Assembly (NCBI GenBank): GCA_012522805.1
Contig: JAAYJS010000033.1
Coordinates: 21,889-85,888 of the forward strand
Direction: 5' to 3'
From: Eubacteriaceae bacterium
GTDB taxonomy: Bacteria; Bacillota; Clostridia; Eubacteriales; Eubacteriaceae
Length of the DNA stretch: 64,000 bases
The notes beneath the pieces were generated by a model. That model was not told where the DNA came from and ran no database searches. It was given only the letters and a program-made list of their open reading frames with translations. Shown here in pieces: positions 39,137 through 48,870 of this stretch (positions are counted from its first letter, which is position 1; every line of letters begins with the position of its first letter). The translations under genes were made by a program, and so were the position numbers.

Positions 39137-40303
39137 ATGGCGATTAGCAACCCCTTGTATCACGAAAGGTTAAATCGATTCAATGCAGTTTTAAACGACG
39201 ATAACCCAAAAGAAGTACCGGTGTTATCGATTGCGGATGGGTGGGTAGCAACCAATGCCGGTTTTACTTTTGAAGAGGCTTATGTAAAAAACATTCTCAA
39301 TTTAAAAGAAGCCTATAAATTTTATACAGATCGCGTTTATATGGACGCCCAGTGGAGCAGTGGTTTAGGTCATCCCTTTGAGTTGATTTTACTTTTTGGA
39401 GAAGGCAGATTTATTTTTGACGACGAAGGCTTCCGAAAAAGCGGCGGGGAAAAACCTTTAATGGAAGCGAATGAATACGCGGACTTTATGAAGAATCCCA
39501 GCGATTTTACAACGAACGTTTTATTGCCCAGAAAATACCCTGTTTTACAAAACGGAAGTGTGGAAGAACTTTCCGAACTGTTTTATAAAGGCATCTTAGA
39601 ATGTGCGGATTTCCTGAAAAAAAGTGCAGAGATCGATGCTTATATGGAAGAAACATTGGGATTGCCCGTCATTATGAAAGGCATCACCTTATTGCCGACA
39701 GATTATATCGTTAACTTTTTAAGGTATTTCGTGGCGACACTACTGGATATTCGCAGACAACCAAAAGATGTTTTGGCAGCATGCGAGGTCATTAACCAAA
39801 CCATACCGGCTTCGATTCAAGCGATGTGGCCGAACCCCGATGACTCCGGAATTGTATTTATCCCACTGCATTTGCCCACTTATTTAAAACCGAAGGATTT
39901 CGAAAAATTTTATTTCCCATGGATGAAGAGCGTCACCGAAGAGTTAAACAAACTCGATTACCGCGTTTTATACTATTGCGAGCGCGACTGGACCGCTTAC
40001 ATGGATATCCTTCAAGACTTACCGGAAGGCAAAAATGCCTATATGTTTGAAAAAGGTGATTTAAAATATATCTGTGAAAAAATTAAAAACAGAGGAACCT
40101 TTGTTGGCGGCATGCCGGCGGAAGTTCTCAAACACGGTACCAAACAGGAAGCGATCGATGCGGCAAAAAAATGTCTGGATGATTACGCACCCGGTGGCAA
40201 ATACATTTTTACCACTAATGTATCTTTGATTAGCAAAAAAGATGCAAAAATTGAAAATTTAGCGGCAGCCAATGAATATATTCACATCAATGGAAAATTT
40301 TAG
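39137..40303 (+). CDS. Uroporphyrinogen decarboxylase (URO-D) family protein, MtaA/CmuA-like methyltransferase fold
   Basis: The start is moved to ATG 39137, after ggaggag. A consensus promoter is present: TTGACT (39066), a 17-nt spacer, then TATAAT. The N-terminal ERLNRF.AVLN...EVPV and the C-terminal GG.P...L..GT..E......K.L.D....GG.YIF pattern resemble URO-D-family proteins. Confidence 0.55.
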   Translation: MAISNPLYHERLNRFNAVLNDDNPKEVPVLSIADGWVATNAGFTFEEAYVKNILNLKEAYKFYTDRVYMDAQWSSGLGHPFELILLFGEGRFIFDDEGFRKSGGEKPLMEANEYADFMKNPSDFTTNVLLPRKYPVLQNGSVEELSELFYKGILECADFLKKSAEIDAYMEETLGLPVIMKGITLLPTDYIVNFLRYFVATLLDIRRQPKDVLAACEVINQTIPASIQAMWPNPDDSGIVFIPLHLPTYLKPKDFEKFYFPWMKSVTEELNKLDYRVLYYCERDWTAYMDILQDLPEGKNAYMFEKGDLKYICEKIKNRGTFVGGMPAEVLKHGTKQEAIDAAKKCLDDYAPGGKYIFTTNVSLISKKDAKIENLAAANEYIHINGKF

Positions 40304-40313
40304 GAGGAGAATC

Positions 40314-40433
40314 ATGGAATCCATTAAAATTAGCGAACTTAATGAAGAGATCAAAAAAAGACACCCTGAATTACCGCCGGAAATGGTCGACCAACTTTTT
40401 AATATCGTTGTTTTACATTTATTTCAAGGCTAA
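40314..40433 (+). CDS. 39-aa small ORF coupled to the URO-D-like gene
   Basis: This ORF is not in the ORF track. Its ATG lies 5 nt after taggaggag and 10 nt after the upstream stop. The translation is MESIKISELNEEIKKRHPELPPEMVDQLFNIVVLHLFQG, and the operon terminator follows. Confidence 0.45.
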   Translation: MESIKISELNEEIKKRHPELPPEMVDQLFNIVVLHLFQG

Positions 40434-40460
40434 ATCCAGCTTGTTTTTGACTACACTTTT

Positions 40461-40505
40461 AAAAAAGCCGTTGCCCACGCACTTTGCCGGGCAACGGCTT
40501 TTTAT
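40461..40505 (+). terminator. Rho-independent terminator
   Basis: The sequence is aaaaAAGCCGTTGCCCacgcactttgccGGGCAACGGCTTtttat. Confidence 0.85.
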
Positions 40506-40716
40506 ACTCTCTAGTCAATGATTGAATGCGGTTTTAGAGTGTTCTTCTCAAGTACACTAATTGACAAAATGATCTCATTTTACTACCTGATTGTAGCGAT
40601 CAAAGTGCAATACTCTCTAGACATAAAATACTCCTGATAAATAGTGACAAAAGAAGAAGTGAATGATAAAATGTATAAATATAAGTTTTATGTTTATGGA
40701 GTAAAAGGAGTCGATT

Positions 40717-41382
40717 GTGATTAATCAAATACAGATGAGGGCAATATTCGACGGATCCGTGTTGACGATTAAGGTTGCTTTTGTCGCATTATTTTTCGGT
40801 TTGATTTTTGGAACTTTAATCGCTTTGGGTCGTATGTCAAAAAACAAAGTGATTAAAAGCTTCTCGTGGTTTTATGTTTGGTTTTTTAGGGGAACGCCCT
40901 TATTATTACAATTGTTTATTATTTTTTATGCTTATCCCATCATTCGCATCGAAATGACGGGCTCGGGTGTTGAGATGAACCCGATGCTCAGTGCTTACTT
41001 AGCTTTTTCGCTGAACTGTGCTGCATATTCGGCAGAAATTATTCGTGCCGCTATCGAATCGATCGATCACGGACAAATGGAAGCTGCCAAGGCGTTGGGT
41101 ATGAATTATAGACAAGCCATGACGCGAATTATTATCCCTCAAACCTATAAAAGATTGATGGCGCCTATCGGCAACGAGTTGATTATGCTGATTAAAGACA
41201 CCTCTTTGGTATCGACAATTGCGCTGTTCGATTTGTTGCGAACGGTCAAAACCATGGCCTCCGCTACTGGAGATTGGGTTTACTACATTTATGCCGCTGT
41301 GATCTATTTATTCTTAACAACCATCTTCCAAATTGTTTTTGATAAATTAGAAGTACGTTTCGGCGTCTATGAAGAGAGGTAA
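40717..41382 (+). CDS. Polar amino acid ABC transporter permease (HisM/GlnP type)
   Basis: The 221-aa protein has the EAA-loop motif ...IESIDHGQMEAAKALGMNYRQAMTRIIIPQ. A GTG start follows aaaaggag. Confidence 0.88.
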   Translation: MINQIQMRAIFDGSVLTIKVAFVALFFGLIFGTLIALGRMSKNKVIKSFSWFYVWFFRGTPLLLQLFIIFYAYPIIRIEMTGSGVEMNPMLSAYLAFSLNCAAYSAEIIRAAIESIDHGQMEAAKALGMNYRQAMTRIIIPQTYKRLMAPIGNELIMLIKDTSLVSTIALFDLLRTVKTMASATGDWVYYIYAAVIYLFLTTIFQIVFDKLEVRFGVYEER

Positions 41383-41385
41383 GAA

Positions 41386-42132
41386 ATGAGCATGGTTAAA
41401 TTGGTAAACATCAAAAAATCCTTCGGTACACTGGAGGTGCTAAAGGGAATAGACCTGGAAATTGAAAAAGGCGAAGTGGTTTGTGTGATTGGCCCCAGTG
41501 GTTCAGGTAAAAGCACCATGTTGCGTTGCATTAACAATTTAGAGCAAATCACAGAAGGTGAAATACATATAGAAGACACCTTGGTGGTTAAACGCGCTAA
41601 CAATAAAGATGTCGAAAAAGGCAATAGCGATTTGCGCAACGATTTGGGTATGGTTTTTCAGAATTTTAATTTATTTCCTCATTTAACAGTTCTGGATAAT
41701 ATAACCATTGCGCCACGAGTCGTAAAGAATGCAGACAAGACAGCCATCGATCAAAAAGCGATGAATTTGCTTAAAATGGTCGGTTTAGTAGACAAAGCCA
41801 ACGAATACCCCATACGGTTATCCGGTGGGCAACAGCAACGTGTTGCGATTGCCAGGGCCTTGGCAATGGATCCTCAAATTATGCTGTTTGATGAGCCGAC
41901 ATCGGCGTTAGATCCCGAGCTGGTGGGAGAGGTGTTGGACACCATTAAAGCTTTAGCTCAAGAAGGTATGACGATGATCATTGTCACCCATGAGATCAGT
42001 TTCGCCAGAGATTTGGCAGACAGAGTTATTTTTATGGACGACGGTGTCATTTGTGAAGAAGGCCCCCCGGAAGACGTCATCCTAAATCCGAAAGAAGAGA
42101 GGACTCAAAACTTTTTAAATAGAATCAACTAA
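41386..42132 (+). CDS. Polar amino acid ABC transporter ATP-binding protein (GlnQ type)
   Basis: Walker [10 protein letters not shown], signature [15 protein letters not shown] and Walker [12 protein letters not shown] are present. Confidence 0.93.
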   Translation: MSMVKLVNIKKSFGTLEVLKGIDLEIEKGEVVCVIGPSGSGKSTMLRCINNLEQITEGEIHIEDTLVVKRANNKDVEKGNSDLRNDLGMVFQNFNLFPHLTVLDNITIAPRVVKNADKTAIDQKAMNLLKMVGLVDKANEYPIRLSGGQQQRVAIARALAMDPQIMLFDEPTSALDPELVGEVLDTIKALAQEGMTMIIVTHEISFARDLADRVIFMDDGVICEEGPPEDVILNPKEERTQNFLNRIN

Positions 42133-42155
42133 AATTTGAAAAGAGAGTTTTTATT

Positions 42156-42194
42156 AAAAGCACCCTTGATGAAAGAAATGGGTGCTTTTGTTTA
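42156..42194 (+). terminator. Rho-independent terminator
   Basis: The sequence is AAAAGCACCCttgatgaaagaaatGGGTGCTTTTgttt. Confidence 0.8.
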
Positions 42195-42296
42195 TGATAC
42201 AAAACATCCGGATTTGATGCTAGAAACGAATGCTTTACTATGATAAAATATAGATGAAAGCGATCATATTCCGGCAAAAGAAAAAAGGAGAAAAAT

Positions 42297-43145
42297 ATGA
42301 TTTTTAGTAATTACCATACACATACAAAGTATTGTGATGGTAAAAACACTGTAGAAGAAATGGTATTGTCCGCGATCCGAGCAGGTCTAAAAAGAATTGG
42401 TCTTTCCGGACATATGACTTTACCCTTTCCCAACGACTGGACGATAAGGGAAGAACATTTAGAAAACTACCTGCAAGATATAACCGATGCTCAAAAAGCA
42501 TACGGCGATCAGATCCAAATTTATACCGGCTTAGAAATTGACTACTTTCCATATTTAGATGACATCAGTGAACAAAGCAAGTCCATACTCCATCGACTGG
42601 ATTACTACATATGCTCCCTGCATTGCGTAGATTTTTTTCCTAATTCTTCTGAAATGGGTTACTACGATGGCGATTACGATAATTTCGAACGCGTTTTAGA
42701 GGAATTGTACCAAAGGGATCCTAAAAGACTGGTAGAAGACTATTATCATCGCTATGCGAGAATGGCGCAGAAAATCAAACCTGATATTTTAGGACATTTG
42801 GATCTCATTAAAAAACACAACCATCAGTATCATTTTTTTGATGAAGAGAGCGATTGGTATCGTGATTTAGTCATGGAAACGCTGAGAGAGATTCAACGGA
42901 GTGGCTCCATATTGGAAATCAATACAGGAAAGATCCATCAATTTGGAATGGCGGGACTCTATCCTTCATTGTGGATTGTAAACGAAGTCATCAATCTGAA
43001 AATTCCTATTACCGTCAATGGTGATTCTCACGATATCGACCATATATGCGATGGTTACAATACAGTTGCGCGCTATTTAAAACTGAATGGCTGTCGTAAA
43101 ATCATGGTTTTTGAAAAGGATCAATGGATAGAAATGCCACTTTAG
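42297..43145 (+). CDS. HisJ-family PHP-domain histidinol-phosphatase
   Basis: The N-terminus is NYHTHTKYCDGKNTVEEMV, a PHP metal-ligand pattern. The length is 282 aa. Confidence 0.8.
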   Translation: MIFSNYHTHTKYCDGKNTVEEMVLSAIRAGLKRIGLSGHMTLPFPNDWTIREEHLENYLQDITDAQKAYGDQIQIYTGLEIDYFPYLDDISEQSKSILHRLDYYICSLHCVDFFPNSSEMGYYDGDYDNFERVLEELYQRDPKRLVEDYYHRYARMAQKIKPDILGHLDLIKKHNHQYHFFDEESDWYRDLVMETLREIQRSGSILEINTGKIHQFGMAGLYPSLWIVNEVINLKIPITVNGDSHDIDHICDGYNTVARYLKLNGCRKIMVFEKDQWIEMPL

Positions 43146-43153
43146 GGGTGCTT

Positions 43154-43723
43154 ATGAACCGTTCTATGTATCAAAAATATTTACCCTATGCGCTCATTTT
43201 ATTGTTACTTTTTTCAGGTTGGGTTTGGAAAAACAAAGAAGAAGAAAAGAGATATGAAGCGATAGCAGAGGAGTTGGTGCAATCAGAAGTTGATACCGTA
43301 CAGGGAACGGAAATTTTTGTCCATATTACCGGAGCTGTCCACAATCCCGGTGTTTATGAATTTAGTGAAGAAAAAAGATTAGTTGAAGTTCTGGAAACAG
43401 CAGGGGGCGTTACGGAAGATGCTGTAACCGATCATCTCAATTTGTCTCAGAAAGTAAAAGACGAAAGCAAAATACACGTACCGACTCGGGAAGAAGCTCT
43501 TCAGACATCACCTGTTACCGGTGGCCCTTCTGGAAAAGTGAATATCAACACTGCAGATAAAGAGACATTAAAAACCTTGCCCGGTGTTGGAGATGTCATA
43601 GCGCAAAATATCCTCGACTATCGAAATAAAAATGGAAGCTTTACACAAATCGACCAACTGAAAAATGTCGATAAAATTGGGGAAAAAATGTTGGAAAATT
43701 TAAAAGATTATATTTTTTATTAA
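43154..43723 (+). CDS. comEA: Competence protein ComEA (SLBB plus helix-hairpin-helix DNA-binding)
   Basis: An N-terminal TM segment, the SLBB motif (VHITGAVHNPGVYEF) and a C-terminal HhH region (INTADKETLKTLPGVGDVIAQNILDYR) are present. The start is moved to ATG 43154. Confidence 0.88.
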   Translation: MNRSMYQKYLPYALILLLLFSGWVWKNKEEEKRYEAIAEELVQSEVDTVQGTEIFVHITGAVHNPGVYEFSEEKRLVEVLETAGGVTEDAVTDHLNLSQKVKDESKIHVPTREEALQTSPVTGGPSGKVNINTADKETLKTLPGVGDVIAQNILDYRNKNGSFTQIDQLKNVDKIGEKMLENLKDYIFY

Positions 43724-43873
43724 AAAAGTACAAAATATTCTAGAAATATGTTAAAATAATGTATGATTGATCTTGAAAAAAAGTATTAAACATCAAATTG
43801 TAATAGCTTGATGTTTAGTAGCAGCTTGACATGAATCAATGTTTCATATTTATATTCATTAAGGAGGGTAGAT

Positions 43874-46495
43874 ATGGATAAAAAATGGGTTTATATGTTT
43901 AGCGAGGGCGACACCACCATGCGTAACTTGCTAGGAGGTAAAGGATCAAATTTAGCTGAAATGACTAAAATAGGTTTGCCGGTACCTCAAGGTTATACTG
44001 TGACGACCGAAGCATGCATAGAGTATCTCAAAGATACCCAATTAACTGATGGTATGATCAGCCAAATTGATGCAAACATGAAAACGTTAGAGGAAATCTG
44101 CAATAAAAAATTCGGTGACCCTCAAGATCCATTGTTGGTATCGGTACGATCCGGTGCTAAATTTTCGATGCCTGGTATGATGGATACCATTCTAAACTTA
44201 GGTTTGAACGATGTTTCCGTCCGAGGTGTCGTTGCCAATACACAAAACGAGCGTTTCGCTTTAGATGCCTATCGTCGATTCATTCAAATGTTTGGAGATG
44301 TTGTTTTAGAAATAGAGCATGCAAAATTTGAAGATGTATTGGATGAGATTAAAAATCGAGAAGGTTACGAAGATGAGACGCAATTGACAGTAGAAAATCT
44401 AAAAGAAGTTGTTCAGCGTTACAAGGAAATCTATTTGCAAGAAACCGGAAATGAGTTTCCGCAAGATCCCAACGAACAATTGTTGATGGCTGTGGAAGCG
44501 GTTTTCAAGTCTTGGAACAACAACCGCGCAAGAGTTTATCGTGAAAAGAATAATATTCCCCACGATATCGGAACCGCTGTAAACGTTCAAGCGATGGTAT
44601 TTGGAAATATGGGCAACGATTCCGGAACCGGTGTTGCATTTACGCGCAACCCTGCAACCGGAGAAAATAAACTTTTTGGCGAGTTTTTAATCAATGCACA
44701 AGGTGAAGACGTTGTTGCCGGTATCCGCACACCAAAGGATATCGAAGAATTAAAAGATGAAATGCCCGATGTTTACAAAGAATTCCACGAGACGTCCGAA
44801 TTGTTAGAAAAACACTATCGAGAAATGCAAGACGTGGAATTTACCATAGAGAAGAACAAATTGTACATGCTGCAAACCCGCAGTGGTAAACGAACAGCGG
44901 AAGCGGCAATTAAAATTGCAGTTGATATGGTAAAGGAAGGCTTGATCACCGAAGAGGAGGCATTGACCAGAATAGAACCGACAAGCTTAGATCAGTTGCT
45001 GCATCCCACCTTCGATCCAAAAGCCTTAGAAGAAAAAGAGATCTTGGCTACCGGCTTACCTGCTTCTCCGGGGGCAGCAAAAGGACGCGTCTATTTCAAC
45101 GCAGAAGATGCGAAAAATGCTGCAGACAAAGGAGAAGACGTTATATTAGTGCGTAAAGAAACATCTCCTGAGGATATCGAGGGGATGTATGCAGCTAAAG
45201 GTATCTTAACCTCTACGGGTGGCATGACCTCCCACGCTGCGGTCGTAGCCAGAGGTGCAGGTATTTGTTGTGTTGCCGGTTGTGAGGACGCAAAAGTTTT
45301 CGAAGATAAAAAGTACTTTCAAGTTGGAGACATTGTGATCAAAGAAGGCGATGATATTTCCCTTCACGGTACCACCGGCGATGTCTTCCAAGGCAGTATT
45401 AAGACGCAAGACCCTGTACTTTCTGAAGATTTTGGAGAATTGATGAAATGGGCAGTCAAGTACAAAACCATGGGTGTTTATGCTAACGCCGATACACCAC
45501 ATGACGCTGCCACGGCTTTAGAATTTGGTGCAGAAGGCATCGGGTTATGTCGTACAGAACATATGTTTTTCGACGAAGACAGAATATCCAGTATGCGCCG
45601 GATGATTTTGTCCCAAACTGTGGAGCAAAGAGAAAACTATTTGGCAGAACTACTTCCCATGCAAAGAGAAGACTTTGTCGGGATTTTTGAGATCATGTTG
45701 CACCGTCCGGTTACTGTCCGGTTATTAGACCCGCCATTGCACGAGTTCTTACCGACAAAAGCAAGCGATATCGAACAATTAGCAGCGGACATGGGTTACA
45801 CCATCGATCAATTGGAATCCTATATACGCGATCTGGAGGAATTCAACCCGATGCTGGGCCATAGAGGTTGCCGTTTAGCCGTTACTTATCCGGAAATTGC
45901 AGTGATGCAAACCCGGGCTATTATAGAAGCCGCTATTGAAGTCACTAAAAAAACAGGTGTCGATATTGTACCGGAAATTATGATTCCATTAATTTCCATG
46001 AAACCTGAAATGGATTATGTCTACAATGTCATTAAAGAAACCGCAGAAAAAGTGATTTCAGAAAAGCAAGCGACATTAAACTACCATATTGGTACGATGA
46101 TCGAAATACCGAGAGCAACCTTAGTTGCGGATAAAATTGCTGAAACTGCAGAGTTCTTCTCCTTTGGTACCAACGATTTGACGCAAATGACCTATGGATT
46201 TTCCAGAGACGATGCAGCAAAATACATCGAGGATTATACCGAAAAAGAAATCTTAACCAGCGATCCCTTTGCCAGCATTGACCAAGAAGGCGTGGGACAA
46301 TTGGTAAGAATTGGTGTGGAACGAGGCAGAAAAACCAAACCGAACTTAAAAGTTGGTGTTTGTGGTGAGCACGGAGGAGACCCCGCATCCGTACAATTCT
46401 TCTACGATTGCGACTTAACTTATGTATCTTGTTCACCCTTTAGAGTGCCTCTAGCAGCTTTAGCGGCAGCACAAGCGGCAATTAATGACAAGTAA
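43874..46495 (+). CDS. ppdK: Pyruvate, phosphate dikinase
   Basis: The 873-aa protein has the motif GGKGSNLAEM, the phospho-His motif TSTGGMTSHAAVVARG and a C-terminal PEP-utilising TIM barrel (GLCRTEHMF). Confidence 0.97.
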   Translation: MDKKWVYMFSEGDTTMRNLLGGKGSNLAEMTKIGLPVPQGYTVTTEACIEYLKDTQLTDGMISQIDANMKTLEEICNKKFGDPQDPLLVSVRSGAKFSMPGMMDTILNLGLNDVSVRGVVANTQNERFALDAYRRFIQMFGDVVLEIEHAKFEDVLDEIKNREGYEDETQLTVENLKEVVQRYKEIYLQETGNEFPQDPNEQLLMAVEAVFKSWNNNRARVYREKNNIPHDIGTAVNVQAMVFGNMGNDSGTGVAFTRNPATGENKLFGEFLINAQGEDVVAGIRTPKDIEELKDEMPDVYKEFHETSELLEKHYREMQDVEFTIEKNKLYMLQTRSGKRTAEAAIKIAVDMVKEGLITEEEALTRIEPTSLDQLLHPTFDPKALEEKEILATGLPASPGAAKGRVYFNAEDAKNAADKGEDVILVRKETSPEDIEGMYAAKGILTSTGGMTSHAAVVARGAGICCVAGCEDAKVFEDKKYFQVGDIVIKEGDDISLHGTTGDVFQGSIKTQDPVLSEDFGELMKWAVKYKTMGVYANADTPHDAATALEFGAEGIGLCRTEHMFFDEDRISSMRRMILSQTVEQRENYLAELLPMQREDFVGIFEIMLHRPVTVRLLDPPLHEFLPTKASDIEQLAADMGYTIDQLESYIRDLEEFNPMLGHRGCRLAVTYPEIAVMQTRAIIEAAIEVTKKTGVDIVPEIMIPLISMKPEMDYVYNVIKETAEKVISEKQATLNYHIGTMIEIPRATLVADKIAETAEFFSFGTNDLTQMTYGFSRDDAAKYIEDYTEKEILTSDPFASIDQEGVGQLVRIGVERGRKTKPNLKVGVCGEHGGDPASVQFFYDCDLTYVSCSPFRVPLAALAAAQAAINDK

Positions 46496-46537
46496 TCAGA
46501 GGTTAAACGCTCTAGTTTGTGATTGATTTTTTAAAGC

Positions 46538-46575
46538 AAAAGCGGTTTCTTATTTAAATAAGAAACCGCTTTTTA
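46538..46575. terminator. Bidirectional terminator between convergent ppdK and the DUF3089 gene
   Basis: AAAAGCGGTTTCTTATTT/AAATAAGAAACCGCTTTT forms a perfect 18-bp palindrome flanked by A and T runs. Confidence 0.8.
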
Positions 46576-46675
46576 TCAATGCAAAATTTTGTGTATGCCC
46601 GAAGTTAAAAAACAAGAACTTAAAATACAATGAACTTTTCAATAGTTGAATGTCATGAAACATCATCGGCATTGA

Positions 46676-47623
46676 TTAATTTGAACGCTTTAAAAAATGA
46701 GCTGCTCTTTTCCGGGCATTTTCTTTGAGGTCATAATAATAAAGGTTTAAATCTATAGAATGCAGCACCCCCAAGGGAAAGTGGGCTTCTCTATCTTTGC
46801 GAAAACAAAGATAAGGGTCTGCTGTGGAGCAGCGCACCGTTCCTCTTTTCAGATCGATTTGAGCATCGGCATAGTGAGGTAATTCCAAAACCTCTTTCAG
46901 CTCTCCCGATGGGTGAAACACAGGAATCCTAGAGCCTAAACTCTCGGAATTGGAAGCGTAGCGGTCATCCAAGCGCCAATTAACGGGGTTAATAGCGATA
47001 CTATTTTCAAATACAGTTAGATTGGGACCGTCATAACCTTTCATTTCCGTATTGTACGAAATAATGCAGCCGGTATCGGTTTCCCCGGTTGCAAATTTTA
47101 AATGAGGGTTTTGCTGCAAGTAATCCTCTGTGACGGAAAATCCGATGGCGTAAGCACACACCATACGGTCCAATACCTGTGGTTTATCCTTCATATATTG
47201 GCTCAACAACATCAACAATAACAAGGAACCTTGGGAATGCGCCGCAAGGATGAAGGGTCGCCGGAGGTTTTCTGTTTTTAAATAATACTCCAGAGCCGCA
47301 ACCATGGACATATAAGTGTGCTCAACAAAAAGCGATTGCATATGATCGTCGGTCGTTGTCTTTTGTAAGCTGTCGATACTCATTTGCTCGTAATAGGGGA
47401 TATATAAATTACCGACATCCTCAAACAATGAAGCTTTGTACTGCAGATGAGATTTGGCTTTACTTTGCATTTCAGGGTGTTGGGTATCGCAAAAAAACGG
47501 ATCCTCTGGACCTGCGGTGTACCCGGTGGGTAAAAAATAAAAGATGTCTGTTTCGGCGGGGGTACGTGTGGGATAAGTAAGCCAGTGTTTGCGATTGGCG
47601 TAGTCGATCGTAGAAATTATCAT
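46676..47623 (-). CDS. DUF3089-family alpha/beta hydrolase
   Basis: The nucleophile elbow AHSQGS is present, and the length and motifs resemble DUF3089 lipase-like proteins. The start is moved to ATG 47623 (MIISTIDYANRKHWL), after aaagga. Confidence 0.65.
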   Translation of the reverse strand: MIISTIDYANRKHWLTYPTRTPAETDIFYFLPTGYTAGPEDPFFCDTQHPEMQSKAKSHLQYKASLFEDVGNLYIPYYEQMSIDSLQKTTTDDHMQSLFVEHTYMSMVAALEYYLKTENLRRPFILAAHSQGSLLLLMLLSQYMKDKPQVLDRMVCAYAIGFSVTEDYLQQNPHLKFATGETDTGCIISYNTEMKGYDGPNLTVFENSIAINPVNWRLDDRYASNSESLGSRIPVFHPSGELKEVLELPHYADAQIDLKRGTVRCSTADPYLCFRKDREAHFPLGVLHSIDLNLYYYDLKENARKRAAHFLKRSN

Positions 47624-47747
47624 ATAAAATCCTTTCACATTTAAATGATAACAATACTGTAGCACTTAAAACATATTTTCGTATTAATAGTTTGCGCAGG
47701 TTCAATCTAAAAAAAAATTAAACGTTATGGTTTTTTGTAGAAAGTGT

Positions 47748-47856
47748 TTGACAATTAGCTCTTATTTTGATATCATACCTTAGTCATGTAGCCGCACAGC
47801 TTAGGTTTTAAGCGTAGCACCTAAGATGGCGAGTCTGGTAAGAGGAGGTAAAAATA
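47748..47856 (+). promoter_or_regulatory. rplU operon promoter and 5' leader (candidate L21 ribosomal-protein leader)
   Basis: The promoter is TTGACA (47748-47753), a 17-nt spacer, then TATCAT (47771-47776). A leader of about 75 nt contains the hairpin CTTAGGttttaagcgtagcaCCTAAG just 5' of the RBS. An L21 leader is known in Firmicutes, but I cannot verify the consensus by eye. Confidence 0.4.
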
Positions 47857-48165
47857 ATGTATGCAATCATTAAAACAGGTGGTAAACAATACCGCGTTGC
47901 TGTTGATGACGAAATTACCATCGAGAAATTAAAAACCGATGATAAAGAAGTTGTATTTGATGAGGTTTTGGCAATTCAGCAAGACGGTGCCATGACGTTG
48001 GGAACGCCCTTCGTTGAAGGTGCCAATGTCAAAGCGGATATCGTTGAATCCGGTAAAGGTAAAAAAGTCGTTATCTTTAAATACAAAGCTAAAAAAGATT
48101 ATCGCAGAAAACAAGGTCATAGACAACCTTATATGAAAGTAAAAATTACTTCCATTAACGCATAA
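47857..48165 (+). CDS. rplU: 50S ribosomal protein L21
   Basis: The protein starts [14 protein letters not shown].... Confidence 0.98.
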   Translation: MYAIIKTGGKQYRVAVDDEITIEKLKTDDKEVVFDEVLAIQQDGAMTLGTPFVEGANVKADIVESGKGKKVVIFKYKAKKDYRRKQGHRQPYMKVKITSINA

Positions 48166-48503
48166 TGACAAGGGTGTCCTATATTCGAGATACCGGTGGT
48201 CGTATTGTGGCCTTCCGCAGTGTTGGTCATTCACACTTTTCACCGGGGGACGACATTGTTTGTGCAGCGATTTCTGCTTTAAGTGTTGCCACCATTAACG
48301 GTATCACCGAAGTGATCGGTATTAAAATTAGAGAGAAACATCTCATTGTTGGCGATGGACTGATTCAAGTTCACATACCTATTATAAAAGATAAAATGAA
48401 AGAGGGACAAGTCCAAGTGCTCTTAGAAACCATGGTGCTAGCTTTGGAAAATCTGGAAGCGGACAACAAAGGATTTGTCAGTGTTAAAGAAATAAGGAGG
48501 TAA
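48165..48503 (+). CDS. prp: Ribosomal-processing cysteine protease Prp
   Basis: The 112-aa protein has the motifs GHS..... and [10 protein letters not shown] and lies between rplU and rpmA. Its start overlaps the rplU stop. Confidence 0.88.
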   Translation: MTRVSYIRDTGGRIVAFRSVGHSHFSPGDDIVCAAISALSVATINGITEVIGIKIREKHLIVGDGLIQVHIPIIKDKMKEGQVQVLLETMVLALENLEADNKGFVSVKEIRR

Positions 48504-48508
48504 AGAAA

Positions 48509-48799
48509 ATGATTAAAATGGACCTTCAGATTTTCGCTCATAAAAAGGGTGTCGGTAGCTCACGTAACGGACGTGACTCTGAATCTAAACGCCTTGGCGT
48601 TAAAAGAGCGGATGGCCAATTTGTATTGGCAGGTAATATTTTAGTAAGACAACGGGGAACATCTATACATCCCGGAAAAAACGTTGGTCGCGGTAAAGAC
48701 GACACCTTGTTTGCCTTGGTGGACGGTGTTGTATCTTTCGAGCGTAAAGGTAGAGATAAAAAACAAGTCTGTATCAATCCAGAAGAAGCAACGGCTTAA
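48509..48799 (+). CDS. rpmA: 50S ribosomal protein L27 (with a cleavable N-terminal extension)
   Basis: The protein is [24 protein letters not shown].... The extension precedes the conserved AHKKG. Confidence 0.97.
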   Translation: MIKMDLQIFAHKKGVGSSRNGRDSESKRLGVKRADGQFVLAGNILVRQRGTSIHPGKNVGRGKDDTLFALVDGVVSFERKGRDKKQVCINPEEATA

Positions 48800-48816
48800 C
48801 AACGTAATGAATTGTC

Positions 48817-48852
48817 AACCTCTTATTTCGGCCGAAATAAGAGGTTTTTTTG
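48817..48852 (+). terminator. Rho-independent terminator or attenuator before obg
   Basis: The sequence is AACCTCTTATTTCGgcCGAAATAAGAGGTTtttttt. Confidence 0.85.
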
Positions 48853-48870
48853 TTAGGAGGAGTTCAAATT

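Noticed and set aside
43779-43807. The hairpin AAACATCAA...TTGATGTTT between comEA and ppdK was considered as a terminator.
   Set aside because: No T-run follows it on the + strand. On the - strand the T-run is offset and there is no gene to terminate. The support is too weak to call.
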